DNA of 64,000 nt from an uncultured Planctomycetia bacterium (lineage in GTDB: Bacteria; Omnitrophota; Gorgyraeia; VGKH01; JBHPFN01): the NCBI GenBank assembly GCA_964406665.1, contig CAYOSQ010000002.1, forward strand, positions 182,219-246,218, written 5' to 3'. Position 1 is the first letter of the stretch. Each line of letters starts with the position of its first letter. This document shows positions 1 through 10,224 of the stretch, piece after piece. The translations under genes were made by a program, and so were the position numbers. The notes below the pieces were generated by a model that saw only the letters and a program-made list of their open reading frames with translations, ran no database searches and had not been told where the DNA came from.

Positions 1-379
1 TTGCGCCAGCCGCTAACTATATCATACCCCTCTTCAATCTTTTCTAGAAGTTTTGGAATGTCTGACGGATCATTTTGCATATCTGCATCTATGGGAATTA
101 AAATTTCACCTTTGGAGTGATCAAATCCTGCGGCTAAAGCAGCGGTCTGACCAAAGTTGCGACGTAGTTGAATTAATTTAAAATTGGCATTTTCACCAAT
201 GATGCTTTTAATAATTTCACAAGAACCATCTGTGCTTCCATCATCAACAAAAATAATCTCAAATGAAAAGCCATCAAGAGAGTTAACTATATTTTCCACC
301 AAAGGCTTGATACTATCTTTTTCATTGTAAATGGGCACAACTAAGCTCAATTTCGGCTCTGGTAAATTATTATTTTCCA
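1..379 (-). CDS. Glycosyltransferase family 2 (dolichyl-phosphate mannosyltransferase-like). N-terminal part only; the C-terminus lies beyond the window start.
   Basis: Reverse-strand translation reads MENNNLPEPKLSLVVPIYNEKDSIKPLVENIVNSLDGFSFEIIFVDDGSTDGSCEII...DADMQNDPSD, the classic GT2 DXD-containing N-terminal domain. Start codon at about 377-379. Confidence 0.8.
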
Positions 380-418
380 TAATTTGATTTCCTCGATTTT
401 TCTAGTCAAATAAGAAGC

Positions 419-450
419 AAAGGCCTCTGCGTGTCAGCGCAGAGGCCTTT
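419..450. terminator. GC-rich inverted repeat between convergently ending genes; candidate intrinsic terminator.
   Basis: aaaggcctctgcg-tgtcagc-gcagaggccttt is a perfect 12-bp stem, followed by a T-run on the minus strand. Confidence 0.6.
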
Positions 451-458
451 TGGTTTTT

Positions 459-716
459 CTATCTTTTCTTTTTCTTTGCTTTCTTCTTCTTTCCAGCGCG
501 AACCATCTTTGCGCAAGAAATATCTCCCTGCTTATCAATAAAATACAGATATCCAGCTTCCTTCTTTATGCCAACTTTTGCTACCATAGTAGGTTTGCCA
601 CCTTTTTTGTTGCCTCTAGCCATCTTAGCTTTTGAGACATTACCTTTTTTGTCGACAAAATAAAGGAACCCCTTTTCTTTTTTTACGCCAACTTTTGCAA
701 CTTTTTTCTTTGCCAT
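459..716 (-). CDS. Small lysine-rich protein made of two tandem copies of a roughly 32-aa motif (KVG[VI]KKE.G[FY]LYF[VI]DK.G[ND][VI]S.AKM.R); function unknown.
   Basis: 85-aa ORF with an internal duplication that is obvious in the translation and a poly-Lys C-terminal tail. Confidence 0.5.
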   Translation of the reverse strand: MAKKKVAKVGVKKEKGFLYFVDKKGNVSKAKMARGNKKGGKPTMVAKVGIKKEAGYLYFIDKQGDISCAKMVRAGKKKKAKKKKR

Positions 717-734
717 GAATAATTCACCTCCTTC

Positions 735-1562
735 CTACGTTCCGATTTTTATTTCACTTAAAATACCTTTTAATGTTGCGATTGCAGAAAGTACGGCCAG
801 ATAACTCGTTTTTGGATTATCAGGACAGGCAACATTTTCGGTTTTTGAGACTAATTTACCAAAATCTCCCATAACTTCAACTTCGTGAGAATTAGTCGTA
901 AACTTAGGAGATGTAATCAAACGTATCGTTACCTTTTCTTTTATACCAGATGCTAGTCCAAGTGCTGCAGCAACGTTAATATTTTTTGGGAACAATTTAG
1001 TAGCCATTCTAACTGACCCTTCAAAGAGCGTTGTTTCTTTACGAATAAGATCAAGTTTGATTTTTCTTTTCTTTAAGTATTCAACACCGGTAAGTGCATG
1101 CGGAGGTTTTCTTGTGGTTAGGGTTATTTTAGTAATTTTAGCCATATGAGCGGCCTTTACAGCGTCTAATCCCGAAATTGCACCAGAAGGAATATGTATT
1201 TTACAATTCTTTCTTTTAGCAAGTGAAAAGACATCATCAGCATCAATCATTCCGCCGACACTCATAATCATCACATCTCGGCCAGAAAGAATGCAACGTC
1301 TTGCTATTTTTCGGGAAATTTTTGCAGACGTTGCTTCAAAGATAAAGTTGCTACTTTTAATTAGCTCTTTTAGGCTATGTTTTATTATATTTCTTTTGTT
1401 AATCTCCGAAGCTAATGCTGAAGACTTCCCTTGATCAATATCAAAAATACCGGATAAAATAGCTTTACCTTTCAAATCCTTGGCAACAAAATTAGCTATT
1501 CTTGAACCTATTGCTCCGCAACCAATAATGCCAATTTTTAACCCTTGTTTTTTTATAATCAT
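735..1562 (-). CDS. nadX: L-aspartate dehydrogenase (NadX family).
   Basis: N-terminal Rossmann motif GIIGCGAIGSRIA; length and overall pattern fit the aspartate dehydrogenase (DUF108) family. Confidence 0.7.
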   Translation of the reverse strand: MIIKKQGLKIGIIGCGAIGSRIANFVAKDLKGKAILSGIFDIDQGKSSALASEINKRNIIKHSLKELIKSSNFIFEATSAKISRKIARRCILSGRDVMIMSVGGMIDADDVFSLAKRKNCKIHIPSGAISGLDAVKAAHMAKITKITLTTRKPPHALTGVEYLKKRKIKLDLIRKETTLFEGSVRMATKLFPKNINVAAALGLASGIKEKVTIRLITSPKFTTNSHEVEVMGDFGKLVSKTENVACPDNPKTSYLAVLSAIATLKGILSEIKIGT

Positions 1563-2404
1563 TATTTTGCAAAAGTGTTATCTATCAGTCTTGTGTTCCC
1601 AATTTTAACTGCTAGTGCAATTAGAATTTTTTTATTAATACTTTTTACTGATGCAAGGCTCGTCGGATCAACGCAAACCACATAATCAATCTTAGCAGTT
1701 TTTTTGCTGTTAATCAAGTTTTTTATCGTCGAGATTATTTTCTTAGGATCGCTTTCCCCGTCGGAAATTAGTTTTTTAGCAAGCTTCAATGATTGATTTA
1801 AAATAAGTGCGTCTCTACGTTGATTTCTTTTCAGATTCTTGTTTCGTGAACTCATAGCCAAGCCATCTTTTTCTCTTACTACCGGCATTATTTTAAGTTT
1901 GAGCTTAAAATTTAGATCCTCTATCATTTTTTTAATCACAATTGCTTGCTGAAAGTCTTTTTGACCGAAATATGCTGTTGTAGGTTGAACTATATTAAAT
2001 AGTTTTGACACAATTGTGGCCACTCCTTGAAAATGATCAGGCCTAGATCTACCACACATCATTCTGGTTATGCCGTCAACATTTATTGAGGTTAAAAACA
2101 CTTTTGGATAAATTTGCTTAACAGAAGGATAAAACAAGAAATCAACACCATTTGCTCGAGCAAGCTTTTCATCCCGCTTGAAATCTCGGGGATATTTTTT
2201 TAAATCTTCTTTAGGCGAAAATTGCAGAGGATTAACAAAGATGCTGATTGTGGTAATATCGTTTTCGAGTTTTGACTTTTTGATTAATGAGATGTGTCCA
2301 TCATGAAGATATCCCATCGTAGGAACAAATCCAATAGATAGACCCTGTCTTTTAAACCGCAAAGACAATGATGACATTTCGTTGATATTCTTAACTATTC
2401 TCAT
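1562..2404 (-). CDS. panC: Pantoate--beta-alanine ligase.
   Basis: PTMGYLHDGHISLI HIGH-like motif; 280 aa. Confidence 0.9.
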   Translation of the reverse strand: MRIVKNINEMSSLSLRFKRQGLSIGFVPTMGYLHDGHISLIKKSKLENDITTISIFVNPLQFSPKEDLKKYPRDFKRDEKLARANGVDFLFYPSVKQIYPKVFLTSINVDGITRMMCGRSRPDHFQGVATIVSKLFNIVQPTTAYFGQKDFQQAIVIKKMIEDLNFKLKLKIMPVVREKDGLAMSSRNKNLKRNQRRDALILNQSLKLAKKLISDGESDPKKIISTIKNLINSKKTAKIDYVVCVDPTSLASVKSINKKILIALAVKIGNTRLIDNTFAK

Positions 2405-2825
2405 GAGCAGTTATTTCTCTAGCAACTTCAGGTGCAATCTCTTTTAAAGGATTAATCACAAATGAACGTTCTTTCATCTTTGGATGAGGAATAATGAGAT
2501 TGTTTCTTCTTATCTTTTTTTCTCCATAGAGAAGTATGTCTAAATCAATTGGCCTAGGCCCATTCGTTATGGTTTTCCTTCTTCCTAGTTTTCTTTCTAT
2601 GCTCTTTAATGATTTGAGTAAATCGGTAGGCTTAAGAGATGTTTCTACTTCAATCGCTGCATTTAAAAAACGTCTTTGAATAACTCCTCCCTCAGGTTCT
2701 GTTTCAACTAAGGTGGAAACCTTTTTAACGCTTACTTTAGATTCTGCGAGTAGACTGATTGCTTTTTTTATATTATTTTTTCTGTTGCCCATATTTGATC
2801 CTATGCCTAAAAAAACACGGACCAT
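2391..2825 (-). CDS. folK: 2-amino-4-hydroxy-6-hydroxymethyldihydropteridine pyrophosphokinase (HPPK).
   Basis: VFLGIGSNMGN...GPRPIDLDILLYG HPPK signature; 144 aa. Confidence 0.85.
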   Translation of the reverse strand: MVRVFLGIGSNMGNRKNNIKKAISLLAESKVSVKKVSTLVETEPEGGVIQRRFLNAAIEVETSLKPTDLLKSLKSIERKLGRRKTITNGPRPIDLDILLYGEKKIRRNNLIIPHPKMKERSFVINPLKEIAPEVAREITAHENS

Positions 2826-3976
2826 TACAAAACCTCTTTTAATCTATCCACTGCCTCGTTTATTCTTTCTTTTGCAACTGTTAACGCCATGCGCACATAT
2901 CCTTCTCCAGCTTGTCCAAATCCAACGCCTGGAGTTGCTACAATATTTGCTTTTTCTAAGAAAGCTTTCGCTGTTTCCATTGAATCCTTAAATTTTTTAG
3001 GAATCTTTGCCCAGACGTAGAATGTTGCTTGTGGAGGTTCAATTTTCCAGCCGATACTTCTTAAACCGTTTATTAAATAATCTCTTCTTTCTTGATAAAC
3101 TGAGCGCATCTGTTCAGGATAGCTATCATCAGCCTCTAGGGCAGCGATACCAGCCCACTGAATAGCTTGAAATATACCAGAGTCAACATTTGCCTTTACT
3201 TTTGCAATTGCTTTAATCATATCTGCGTTTCCGCAAACCCAGCCTATCCTCCAACCCGTCATATTAAAAGTTTTAGACAAAGAATGAAATTCAACAGCAA
3301 TATCTCTTGCTCCTTCTACCTCAAGAATACTGGGAGGCCTTACTCCATCAAAATAGATCTCTGAATAGGCCAGGTCTGATGCAATCATCATTCCTTTTTC
3401 TTTAGCAAGAGAAACTATTTGTTCTAGAAATCCTTTATCCGCAACTGCCGACGTAGGATTATTAGGATAATTAAGATACATTAGCTTTGCATCTTTGATT
3501 TTCTCAAGAGCTGGAAGGAATTTATTTTTTTGCATAAGAGGCATATTTACAACCTTACCTCCTGCTAAAATTACAGCAGAGCGGTACGCAGGATAACAAG
3601 GATCTGGAACCAAAACTTTATCTTTAGGATTAATTAATCCTAAGGGCATATGAGTAAGTCCTTCTTTTGAACCAATTAATGGATAGACCTCAGAATTTAG
3701 ATCTAACTGTACACTAAATCTTTTTCTATACCAATTAACAATGGCTTCTCTTAGTCTAGGCAAACCTGCATCAAGCGCATAATGGTGATTATTTGCACTT
3801 GCAACTGCTTTATTCATTGCTTCAATTACAAATTCTGGTGTGGGTGTATCTGGATCTCCAATCCCAAGATCTATGATATCTCTACCCTGTGCCCTTGCTT
3901 CTCTTTTTGCCTTATCAATTTCAACAAATAGATATGGTGGTATGTCTTTTAGTCTTTCAGAAAATTCTATATTCAT
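2825..3976 (-). CDS. dapL: Class I/II aminotransferase, most likely LL-diaminopimelate aminotransferase (DapL type).
   Basis: FSERLKDIPPYLFVEIDKAK...IDLGIGDPD N-terminus typical of DapL. It sits directly downstream of dapB, dapA, dapF and lysA. Confidence 0.7.
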   Translation of the reverse strand: MNIEFSERLKDIPPYLFVEIDKAKREARAQGRDIIDLGIGDPDTPTPEFVIEAMNKAVASANNHHYALDAGLPRLREAIVNWYRKRFSVQLDLNSEVYPLIGSKEGLTHMPLGLINPKDKVLVPDPCYPAYRSAVILAGGKVVNMPLMQKNKFLPALEKIKDAKLMYLNYPNNPTSAVADKGFLEQIVSLAKEKGMMIASDLAYSEIYFDGVRPPSILEVEGARDIAVEFHSLSKTFNMTGWRIGWVCGNADMIKAIAKVKANVDSGIFQAIQWAGIAALEADDSYPEQMRSVYQERRDYLINGLRSIGWKIEPPQATFYVWAKIPKKFKDSMETAKAFLEKANIVATPGVGFGQAGEGYVRMALTVAKERINEAVDRLKEVL

Positions 3977-3998
3977 ACCTCTTTACCTTAACCCCTTT

Positions 3999-4718
3999 CT
4001 ACTTAACTTCGGCTAAAACATCCTGCATATCGTACAAACCGCTTTTTTTGCCAACAAGAAATTTTGCCGCAACTAAAGCACCTTGTGCAAAAATATCCCT
4101 TGTTTTTGCTGAATGAGACAGCTTTATTGTATCCACATCACTTTCAAACACTATTTCGTGATCACCAACAATTTCTCCTTCTCTGATCGATTCTATATTA
4201 TCCACTTTCTTTTTAGTTTCTGATTCAATGATGTTGGCTAAGCGCTTAGCCGTACCAGAGGGAGCATCTTTCTTGTGAACATGGTGTGCTTCGGTTATTT
4301 TTACGTCATATTCTTTAAGGTTTGTTGCGGCTTCTTTTAAAAGTATAAAAAGTAAATTAACGCCAACAGACATATTTGGAGAAAAAACAACAGGAACTTG
4401 CTTTGAGCATTCTTTGATTTGTTCAATTTGCTCAACACTTAAACCAGTTGTGCCTATAACGATTGGTTTATTTAGCTTTACGCACTGTTTTAAATTGACA
4501 ATGGTTGATTCTGGCGAAGTAAACTCTATGAGAACATCAGAATTTTTTACTTGAGCAATATCTTCGGATATCTTAATACCATTTAAAGATTCTCCAATGG
4601 AATCATGGCTTTTTCTCTCCAATAATACTGAAACAGCCAGAGAATCATCTCCTTCAGCAAGGGTACGTATGCGAGTACCCATTTTTCCCATACTGCCGCT
4701 TATCGCTATTTTTATCAT
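3999..4718 (-). CDS. dapB: 4-hydroxy-tetrahydrodipicolinate reductase.
   Basis: MIKIAISGSMGKMGTRI NAD-binding N-terminus; 239 aa. Confidence 0.85.
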   Translation of the reverse strand: MIKIAISGSMGKMGTRIRTLAEGDDSLAVSVLLERKSHDSIGESLNGIKISEDIAQVKNSDVLIEFTSPESTIVNLKQCVKLNKPIVIGTTGLSVEQIEQIKECSKQVPVVFSPNMSVGVNLLFILLKEAATNLKEYDVKITEAHHVHKKDAPSGTAKRLANIIESETKKKVDNIESIREGEIVGDHEIVFESDVDTIKLSHSAKTRDIFAQGALVAAKFLVGKKSGLYDMQDVLAEVK

Positions 4719-4720
4719 TT

Positions 4721-5599
4721 TTACCTCAGTAATTTATAATCTTTTAATGCTTTTTTAAGCTTTACTACATTTTCTTTCTTCATTGAACAAAGCGGAAGCC
4801 TTAGATCCGGCTGACACATCCGCATTAATCCCATAGCAGTTTTTACAGGAATTGGGTTAGTTTCAATGAACATAGCCTTTACCAGAGGTAGTAACTTGTA
4901 GTGAAGCTCTTGAACTTTTCTTATATTTCCCTTCTCAAAGTTATCTATCATAGCACTTACATCGTGAGGAACGATGTTTGCAACAACAGAAATGACTCCC
5001 ACGCCACCAATGCCTAAAAGTGGTAAAGTAAGCGCATCATCACCGGAAAGCAAGAGAAAATCGTCTCCACAAACTTTTCGTATTCGCGACATTTGTTCAA
5101 GATTTCCCGAAGCTTCTTTTACTCCGATGATATTTTTACAGTCTCTATCCAGTAGTGCCATTGTTTCCGGTTCGATATTAACACCGGTTCTTCCCGCAAT
5201 ATTGTAAAGAATTAAAGGTATTTTTACTGATTCAGCTATAGCTTTAAAATGAAGATACAAGCCATTTTGCGTAGGTTTGTTGTAGTAGGGAGAAACTTGT
5301 AAAGATGCGTCTGCGCCCATCTTTTCAGCATGCTTTGTTAACCTTATCGCTTCTGCGGTAGAATTTGAACCAGTACCAGCAATAACTGGAACTCTACCTG
5401 CTGTAGCTTCAACAGCAATCTCAATTACACGCTCGTGTTCTTCAAAGCTAAGAGTAGGAGACTCTCCTGTGGTTCCACACGGCAATATTCCTCTGGTTCC
5501 ATTTTTTATCTGAAATTCAATTAACTCTCTAAGTTTCTTTTCATCTAACTTACCGTTTTTAAATGGTGTAACAATTGCAACTATTGAACCATTAAACAT
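4721..5599 (-). CDS. dapA: 4-hydroxy-tetrahydrodipicolinate synthase.
   Basis: MFNGSIVAIVTPF matches the E. coli DapA N-terminus MFTGSIVAIVTP. The start is placed at this internal Met; the ORF track extends to 5638, overlapping dapF. Confidence 0.9.
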   Translation of the reverse strand: MFNGSIVAIVTPFKNGKLDEKKLRELIEFQIKNGTRGILPCGTTGESPTLSFEEHERVIEIAVEATAGRVPVIAGTGSNSTAEAIRLTKHAEKMGADASLQVSPYYNKPTQNGLYLHFKAIAESVKIPLILYNIAGRTGVNIEPETMALLDRDCKNIIGVKEASGNLEQMSRIRKVCGDDFLLLSGDDALTLPLLGIGGVGVISVVANIVPHDVSAMIDNFEKGNIRKVQELHYKLLPLVKAMFIETNPIPVKTAMGLMRMCQPDLRLPLCSMKKENVVKLKKALKDYKLLR

Positions 5600-6410
5600 A
5601 GTATTCTCCTTTGTAAACAATATTTGCTTTGCCTTCAAGCCAAATATTTGAAATCTTGTTTTCTAGAAAGTCGAAATAGACATTGAGTATTTCAGTACTT
5701 AAAGTCAGCACCTTTGTTTTTATATTCTTTTTATCTTTAACTCCAGGATTCGTCTTAAAAAATGATATTATACTTGAGGCAACCGAACCAGTCCCACAAG
5801 CCAAGGTTTCGTTTTCTACCCCTCTTTCATAAGTCCTTATGCTTATCGAATCCCTTCCAGTGATTTCAATAAAATTAACGTTTGCTCCTCTGGGGGAAAA
5901 TTTTCTGTGATAGCGAATCTTTCTCCCAATGTCTTTTACATCAATTCCTGAGAGACCATCCGCAAGAATAACCGCATGAGGTACACCAGTATCAATATAA
6001 TTTACCATTAAAGGACGTGGTTCTATGTCAATAAGGATATCCAGTTTAAGATCTTTTGGGTGTGACATCTTAATTTTGGCAACACCTTTTTTGCTTTCTG
6101 CTAGCAATTTGCCGGCCATTGTCAGGATAACCTTTGTTTTTTTCTTATGCTTCTTTACAACCTCCAGATAAACAGCACAGCAACGTATTCCATTACCGCA
6201 CATTTCTGCTTCTGAACCATCAGGATTAAATATACGCATTCTAGCATCTGCACCTTTTGCCTTATCTAATACCAAAAGCCCATCGGCACCTATTCCAGTT
6301 TTTCTCTCGCATATTCTTCTGGCTAATTGCGGCAAACCAGATTTAATGCCCTCAACGATTATAAAATCGTTTCCTGCGCCAACCATTTTTGTGAATGCTA
6401 TCTTTTTCAT
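5592..6410 (-). CDS. dapF: Diaminopimelate epimerase.
   Basis: GAGNDFIIV and CGNGIRC catalytic-Cys motifs. Confidence 0.9.
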   Translation of the reverse strand: MKKIAFTKMVGAGNDFIIVEGIKSGLPQLARRICERKTGIGADGLLVLDKAKGADARMRIFNPDGSEAEMCGNGIRCCAVYLEVVKKHKKKTKVILTMAGKLLAESKKGVAKIKMSHPKDLKLDILIDIEPRPLMVNYIDTGVPHAVILADGLSGIDVKDIGRKIRYHRKFSPRGANVNFIEITGRDSISIRTYERGVENETLACGTGSVASSIISFFKTNPGVKDKKNIKTKVLTLSTEILNVYFDFLENKISNIWLEGKANIVYKGEYYV

Positions 6411-7669
6411 CTTAAAGCCCTGGGAATCTCTTCGCCTCTTATAAGATCAGAGTGAACCTCTCTTTTTCTTATGATATAAAACTTATTCTTCATAACTAAA
6501 ACTTCAGCAGCTCTTAATCTTGCATTATAGTTTGAAGACATAGAAAAGCCATAAGCTCCTGCACCCATAACAGCAATATATTGGCCTTCATCAAGAACAG
6601 ATAAATTCCTATCCTTGGCAAAGAAATCTCCGCTTTCACAAACAGGTCCAACGACATCAGCCTTTGAGCCTCTGTTCTTGTTATTGATCTTTTGTAGCGG
6701 CAGTATCTCATGATAAGCATCATACAATGCCGGACGCATCAAATCATTCATGGCAGCATCAACAATAATGAACCTCTTCTTTTTAGTCCTCTTGATATAC
6801 TGGATTCTGGTAACAAGGATTCCAGCATTTCCCACAATGAACCTTCCGGGCTCAAGAATAATTTTTAAAGAAGTCTTCTTTAACATTGGTAAAACTGAAC
6901 GGGCAAACAACTCCGCAGTCATAGGCTTTTCATTTTTATAGATAATGCCTAATCCTCCGCCAATATTGAGATATTCAAGCCTAACCCCTTGTTTGTTTAG
7001 TTCAGATATAAAGCGGATTATTTTCCTAATCGCATCTATAAAGGGCTTCGATTGAGTAATCTGTGATCCAATGTGAGTATGTAAACCAACAATTTTCGTA
7101 TGGCTAAATGCTCTTCTTTTTGCAAATATATCTCTGGTAGTATTTAAATCAATACCAAACTTATTTTCCTTCTTTGCTGTTGTAATGTAATGATGAGTTA
7201 AGGCATCAACATCAGGATTAACCCGAATGGCTACCTTAACCTGCTTTTTAAGCTTTCTGGCGACAAAATTAATCATATTCAACTCAGATAGCGACTCCAC
7301 ATTAAACATGAGGATACCAGCTTTTACAGCTTGTTGAATTTCTTTGGTGCTTTTTCCCACACTGGCATATACTATTTTTTTCGGATTAGCTCCCACCTTT
7401 AAAGCTTTGTATAATTCTCCACCTGAGACAATATCCAGCCCCGCTCCTTCATTAACCAAAATCTTAACTACTGAAAGATTGGAATTTGCTTTCATGGAAT
7501 AGCAAATCAATGGCCTGGCAGATGAAAAAGCACGCCTGAGCTTATTGTAATGGTCTGTTATAGTCTTGTAGCTATATAGATAAAATGGTGTCTTAACCGT
7601 CCTGGCGATATCTTCTATCTTCGCTGACTCACAGTAAAGCTGACCTTTTTTATAATTAAACTCGTGCAT
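6407..7669 (-). CDS. lysA: Diaminopimelate decarboxylase.
   Basis: PLP-dependent fold-III decarboxylase pattern (YSMKAN, GGGLGI, ESGD); 420 aa. Confidence 0.9.
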   Translation of the reverse strand: MHEFNYKKGQLYCESAKIEDIARTVKTPFYLYSYKTITDHYNKLRRAFSSARPLICYSMKANSNLSVVKILVNEGAGLDIVSGGELYKALKVGANPKKIVYASVGKSTKEIQQAVKAGILMFNVESLSELNMINFVARKLKKQVKVAIRVNPDVDALTHHYITTAKKENKFGIDLNTTRDIFAKRRAFSHTKIVGLHTHIGSQITQSKPFIDAIRKIIRFISELNKQGVRLEYLNIGGGLGIIYKNEKPMTAELFARSVLPMLKKTSLKIILEPGRFIVGNAGILVTRIQYIKRTKKKRFIIVDAAMNDLMRPALYDAYHEILPLQKINNKNRGSKADVVGPVCESGDFFAKDRNLSVLDEGQYIAVMGAGAYGFSMSSNYNARLRAAEVLVMKNKFYIIRKREVHSDLIRGEEIPRALR

Positions 7670-9038
7670 TCAATCTCCCTTTCCAAGACTTAATTTGCTT
7701 TTGAACCAATACAGGCGATGTGCCCCCATAAGACTTCTTTAGCTTAACAGATGCCTTAGCGTTTAACAGTTTTTTTACATCCGCTTCAAAAGCATTAGAA
7801 TATTTCTTAAGCTCGCCCAAACTTAAATCAGAAAACTTTTTACCCCTATCTAAACACTTACGTACCATATTACCTACAGTATCGTGTGCTATTCGATAAG
7901 GAATACCCTTTTTGATAAGATACTCCATTACGTCAACAGCAAAGAGTGATTCATCTTCGATCTTTTTTTCTAGAGAAACTTTTTTAACCCTAACCCCTTT
8001 AAACAATTCTGCGAAAATCTCCAGTATCTCCTTAACAGAATCAACAGAACTAAATAAAGGTGGTTTATCCAACTGCATATCTCGATTATAAGAAAGTGGC
8101 AATCCTTTCATCATGATTAATACACTGGATAAATCTCCAAGAACTTTTCCTACGGTTGCACGGATTAATTCTAATATATCCGGATTTTTCTTCTGAGGCA
8201 TTATTGAAGAACCCGTACAAAATGACCAATCTATGCCGATAAAGTTAAATTCCCGCGTAGACCAAAGAATCAAATCTTCTGCAATCCGTGATAAATGAAC
8301 CGAAAGCAATGAAATAGTAGATAACATTTCTATTACAAAATCTCGATCACTTATTGAATCAATGCTATTAGCAGTTATCTTGTTAAAACCTAATTCTTTT
8401 GCAACTAGATTACGATTTATTCCTAAGGATGTTCCGCTTAAGGCGCAAGCACCAAGTGGCATAACCGCTGTTCTTTTTGAAGCATCTGAAAATCTTCCCT
8501 TATCGCGCTGAAGTATTTCTACATAGGCTAAAACATGATGAGCAAGCAAAACAACTTGAGCAGGTTGCATATGTGTATACGCCGGCATAATAACATCTTT
8601 GTTCTTATTGGCAAAAGCAACTATAGATTTTTGTAAATTTGTTATTAGATTGCTTATCGTTTTAGCTTCATCCAAACAGTACATTTTCATGTCTAATGCA
8701 ATTTGATCATTTCTTGAGCGAGCCGTATGAAGCTTGCCAGCAACCGAACCAATTCGATTTTCCAAAGCTTGCTGAACATCAGAATGTATATCCTCAGCTT
8801 TCAAATTAAATTTAAACTTATTTTTTTTGACCTTAGACAGAATTTCATTTAAACCTTTTACGATTTTTTGAGAATCCTTTAATGGGATAATTTTACTTTT
8901 CCCTAGCATCTTTGCATGAGCAATACTTCCCATTAGGTCGTACTTGGCCAAGCGTTTATCAAAAGATATGCTTGAGCTAAACTGATCAGCCAAAAGACTA
9001 GTCTTCTTTGCAAATCGAGAACCCCAAAGTTTTTTCAT
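7656..9038 (-). CDS. argH: Argininosuccinate lyase.
   Basis: MKKLWGSRFAK...SIMPQKKNPD fumarate-lyase signature. Confidence 0.9.
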   Translation of the reverse strand: MKKLWGSRFAKKTSLLADQFSSSISFDKRLAKYDLMGSIAHAKMLGKSKIIPLKDSQKIVKGLNEILSKVKKNKFKFNLKAEDIHSDVQQALENRIGSVAGKLHTARSRNDQIALDMKMYCLDEAKTISNLITNLQKSIVAFANKNKDVIMPAYTHMQPAQVVLLAHHVLAYVEILQRDKGRFSDASKRTAVMPLGACALSGTSLGINRNLVAKELGFNKITANSIDSISDRDFVIEMLSTISLLSVHLSRIAEDLILWSTREFNFIGIDWSFCTGSSIMPQKKNPDILELIRATVGKVLGDLSSVLIMMKGLPLSYNRDMQLDKPPLFSSVDSVKEILEIFAELFKGVRVKKVSLEKKIEDESLFAVDVMEYLIKKGIPYRIAHDTVGNMVRKCLDRGKKFSDLSLGELKKYSNAFEADVKKLLNAKASVKLKKSYGGTSPVLVQKQIKSWKGRLNARV

Positions 9039-9054
9039 TTTTTCCTCTTTAAAT

Positions 9055-10224
9055 TTAAGATTGGAAAGGCATTCCCCAAAGCTTTATAAAGCCTTCGGCA
9101 AGCTTTGGATCAAACTTATCTTTTTTTCCATATGTCGCCAGCTCTTCTTTATATAAAGAATGAGGAGATCTTCTTCCTACTGAAATACAACTTCCTTTAT
9201 ACAACTTTAATCGAACATCTCCAGTAACATTTTTCTGAGTTTTTTCAATGAATTTATCCATTGATTTCTTTAATCCAGAATACCAAGTTCCGTAATAAAT
9301 CATTTCAGCATAACGTGGTGCTAGCAGAGATTTATAGTGTTGTGTTTCACGATCCAAAACCATTGCCTCTAGCTCTTTATGTGCAAGATATAGAATCGTT
9401 GCACCAGGCGCTTCGTAAACCTCGCGAGATTTGATCCCCACAAGACGATTCTCAATCAAATCTGCTCGGCCGATTCCGTGTTTACCACCGATAGAATTAA
9501 CTTTGTCAATTAGTTTAAGCAAAGAATAATCTTTACCATTAACTGCTTTAGGTATACCCTGTTTGAATGAAACAGTAATATATTGGGGATTCCCAGGTGC
9601 TCTCTGAGGATCTTTTGTAATCTGATAAGCATCTTTCGGCGGCTCTTTCCATGGATTTTCCAAAATTCCACATTCTATGCTTACTCCCCAAAGGTTTTTA
9701 TCAATGCTGTATATCTTCTTTTTTGTAACATCAATAGGTATTTTTTTCTTCTTTGCATAATCAATTTCTTGCTCGCGTGTTTTGAGATCCCAGACTCTAA
9801 CAGGTGCAATTACCTCAAACTTTGAATCTAAAATTCGGGCAGTTACTTCTATGCGAACCTGATCATTTCCTTTACCTGTGCAACCATGAGAAATTGCCTT
9901 GGCTTTTTCTTTATGGGCAACCTCTACTAAATATTTAGCTATTAGCGGGCGTCCTAGCGCTGTTGCAAGTAAATATTTATCTTCATAAATCGCATTAGCC
10001 TGCAAGGCTGGTATTACAAAATCTTGAGCGAATTCTTTTTTTAGGTCTTTGACATAGACCTTAGAAGCTCCAGTTTTCAAAGCTCTTTTTTTGATCAAAT
10101 TAAAGTTCTCTCCTTGGCCAAGGTCAGCCATAAAGCAGATTACATCATAACCTTTATCTTTAAGCCATTTTACACAGCAAGAAGTATCTAGTCCGCCGGA
10201 ATATGCCAATACAACCTTTTTCAT
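9055..10224 (-). CDS. argG: Argininosuccinate synthase.
   Basis: VVLAYSGGLDTS PP-loop; 389 aa. Confidence 0.9.
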   Translation of the reverse strand: MKKVVLAYSGGLDTSCCVKWLKDKGYDVICFMADLGQGENFNLIKKRALKTGASKVYVKDLKKEFAQDFVIPALQANAIYEDKYLLATALGRPLIAKYLVEVAHKEKAKAISHGCTGKGNDQVRIEVTARILDSKFEVIAPVRVWDLKTREQEIDYAKKKKIPIDVTKKKIYSIDKNLWGVSIECGILENPWKEPPKDAYQITKDPQRAPGNPQYITVSFKQGIPKAVNGKDYSLLKLIDKVNSIGGKHGIGRADLIENRLVGIKSREVYEAPGATILYLAHKELEAMVLDRETQHYKSLLAPRYAEMIYYGTWYSGLKKSMDKFIEKTQKNVTGDVRLKLYKGSCISVGRRSPHSLYKEELATYGKKDKFDPKLAEGFIKLWGMPFQS

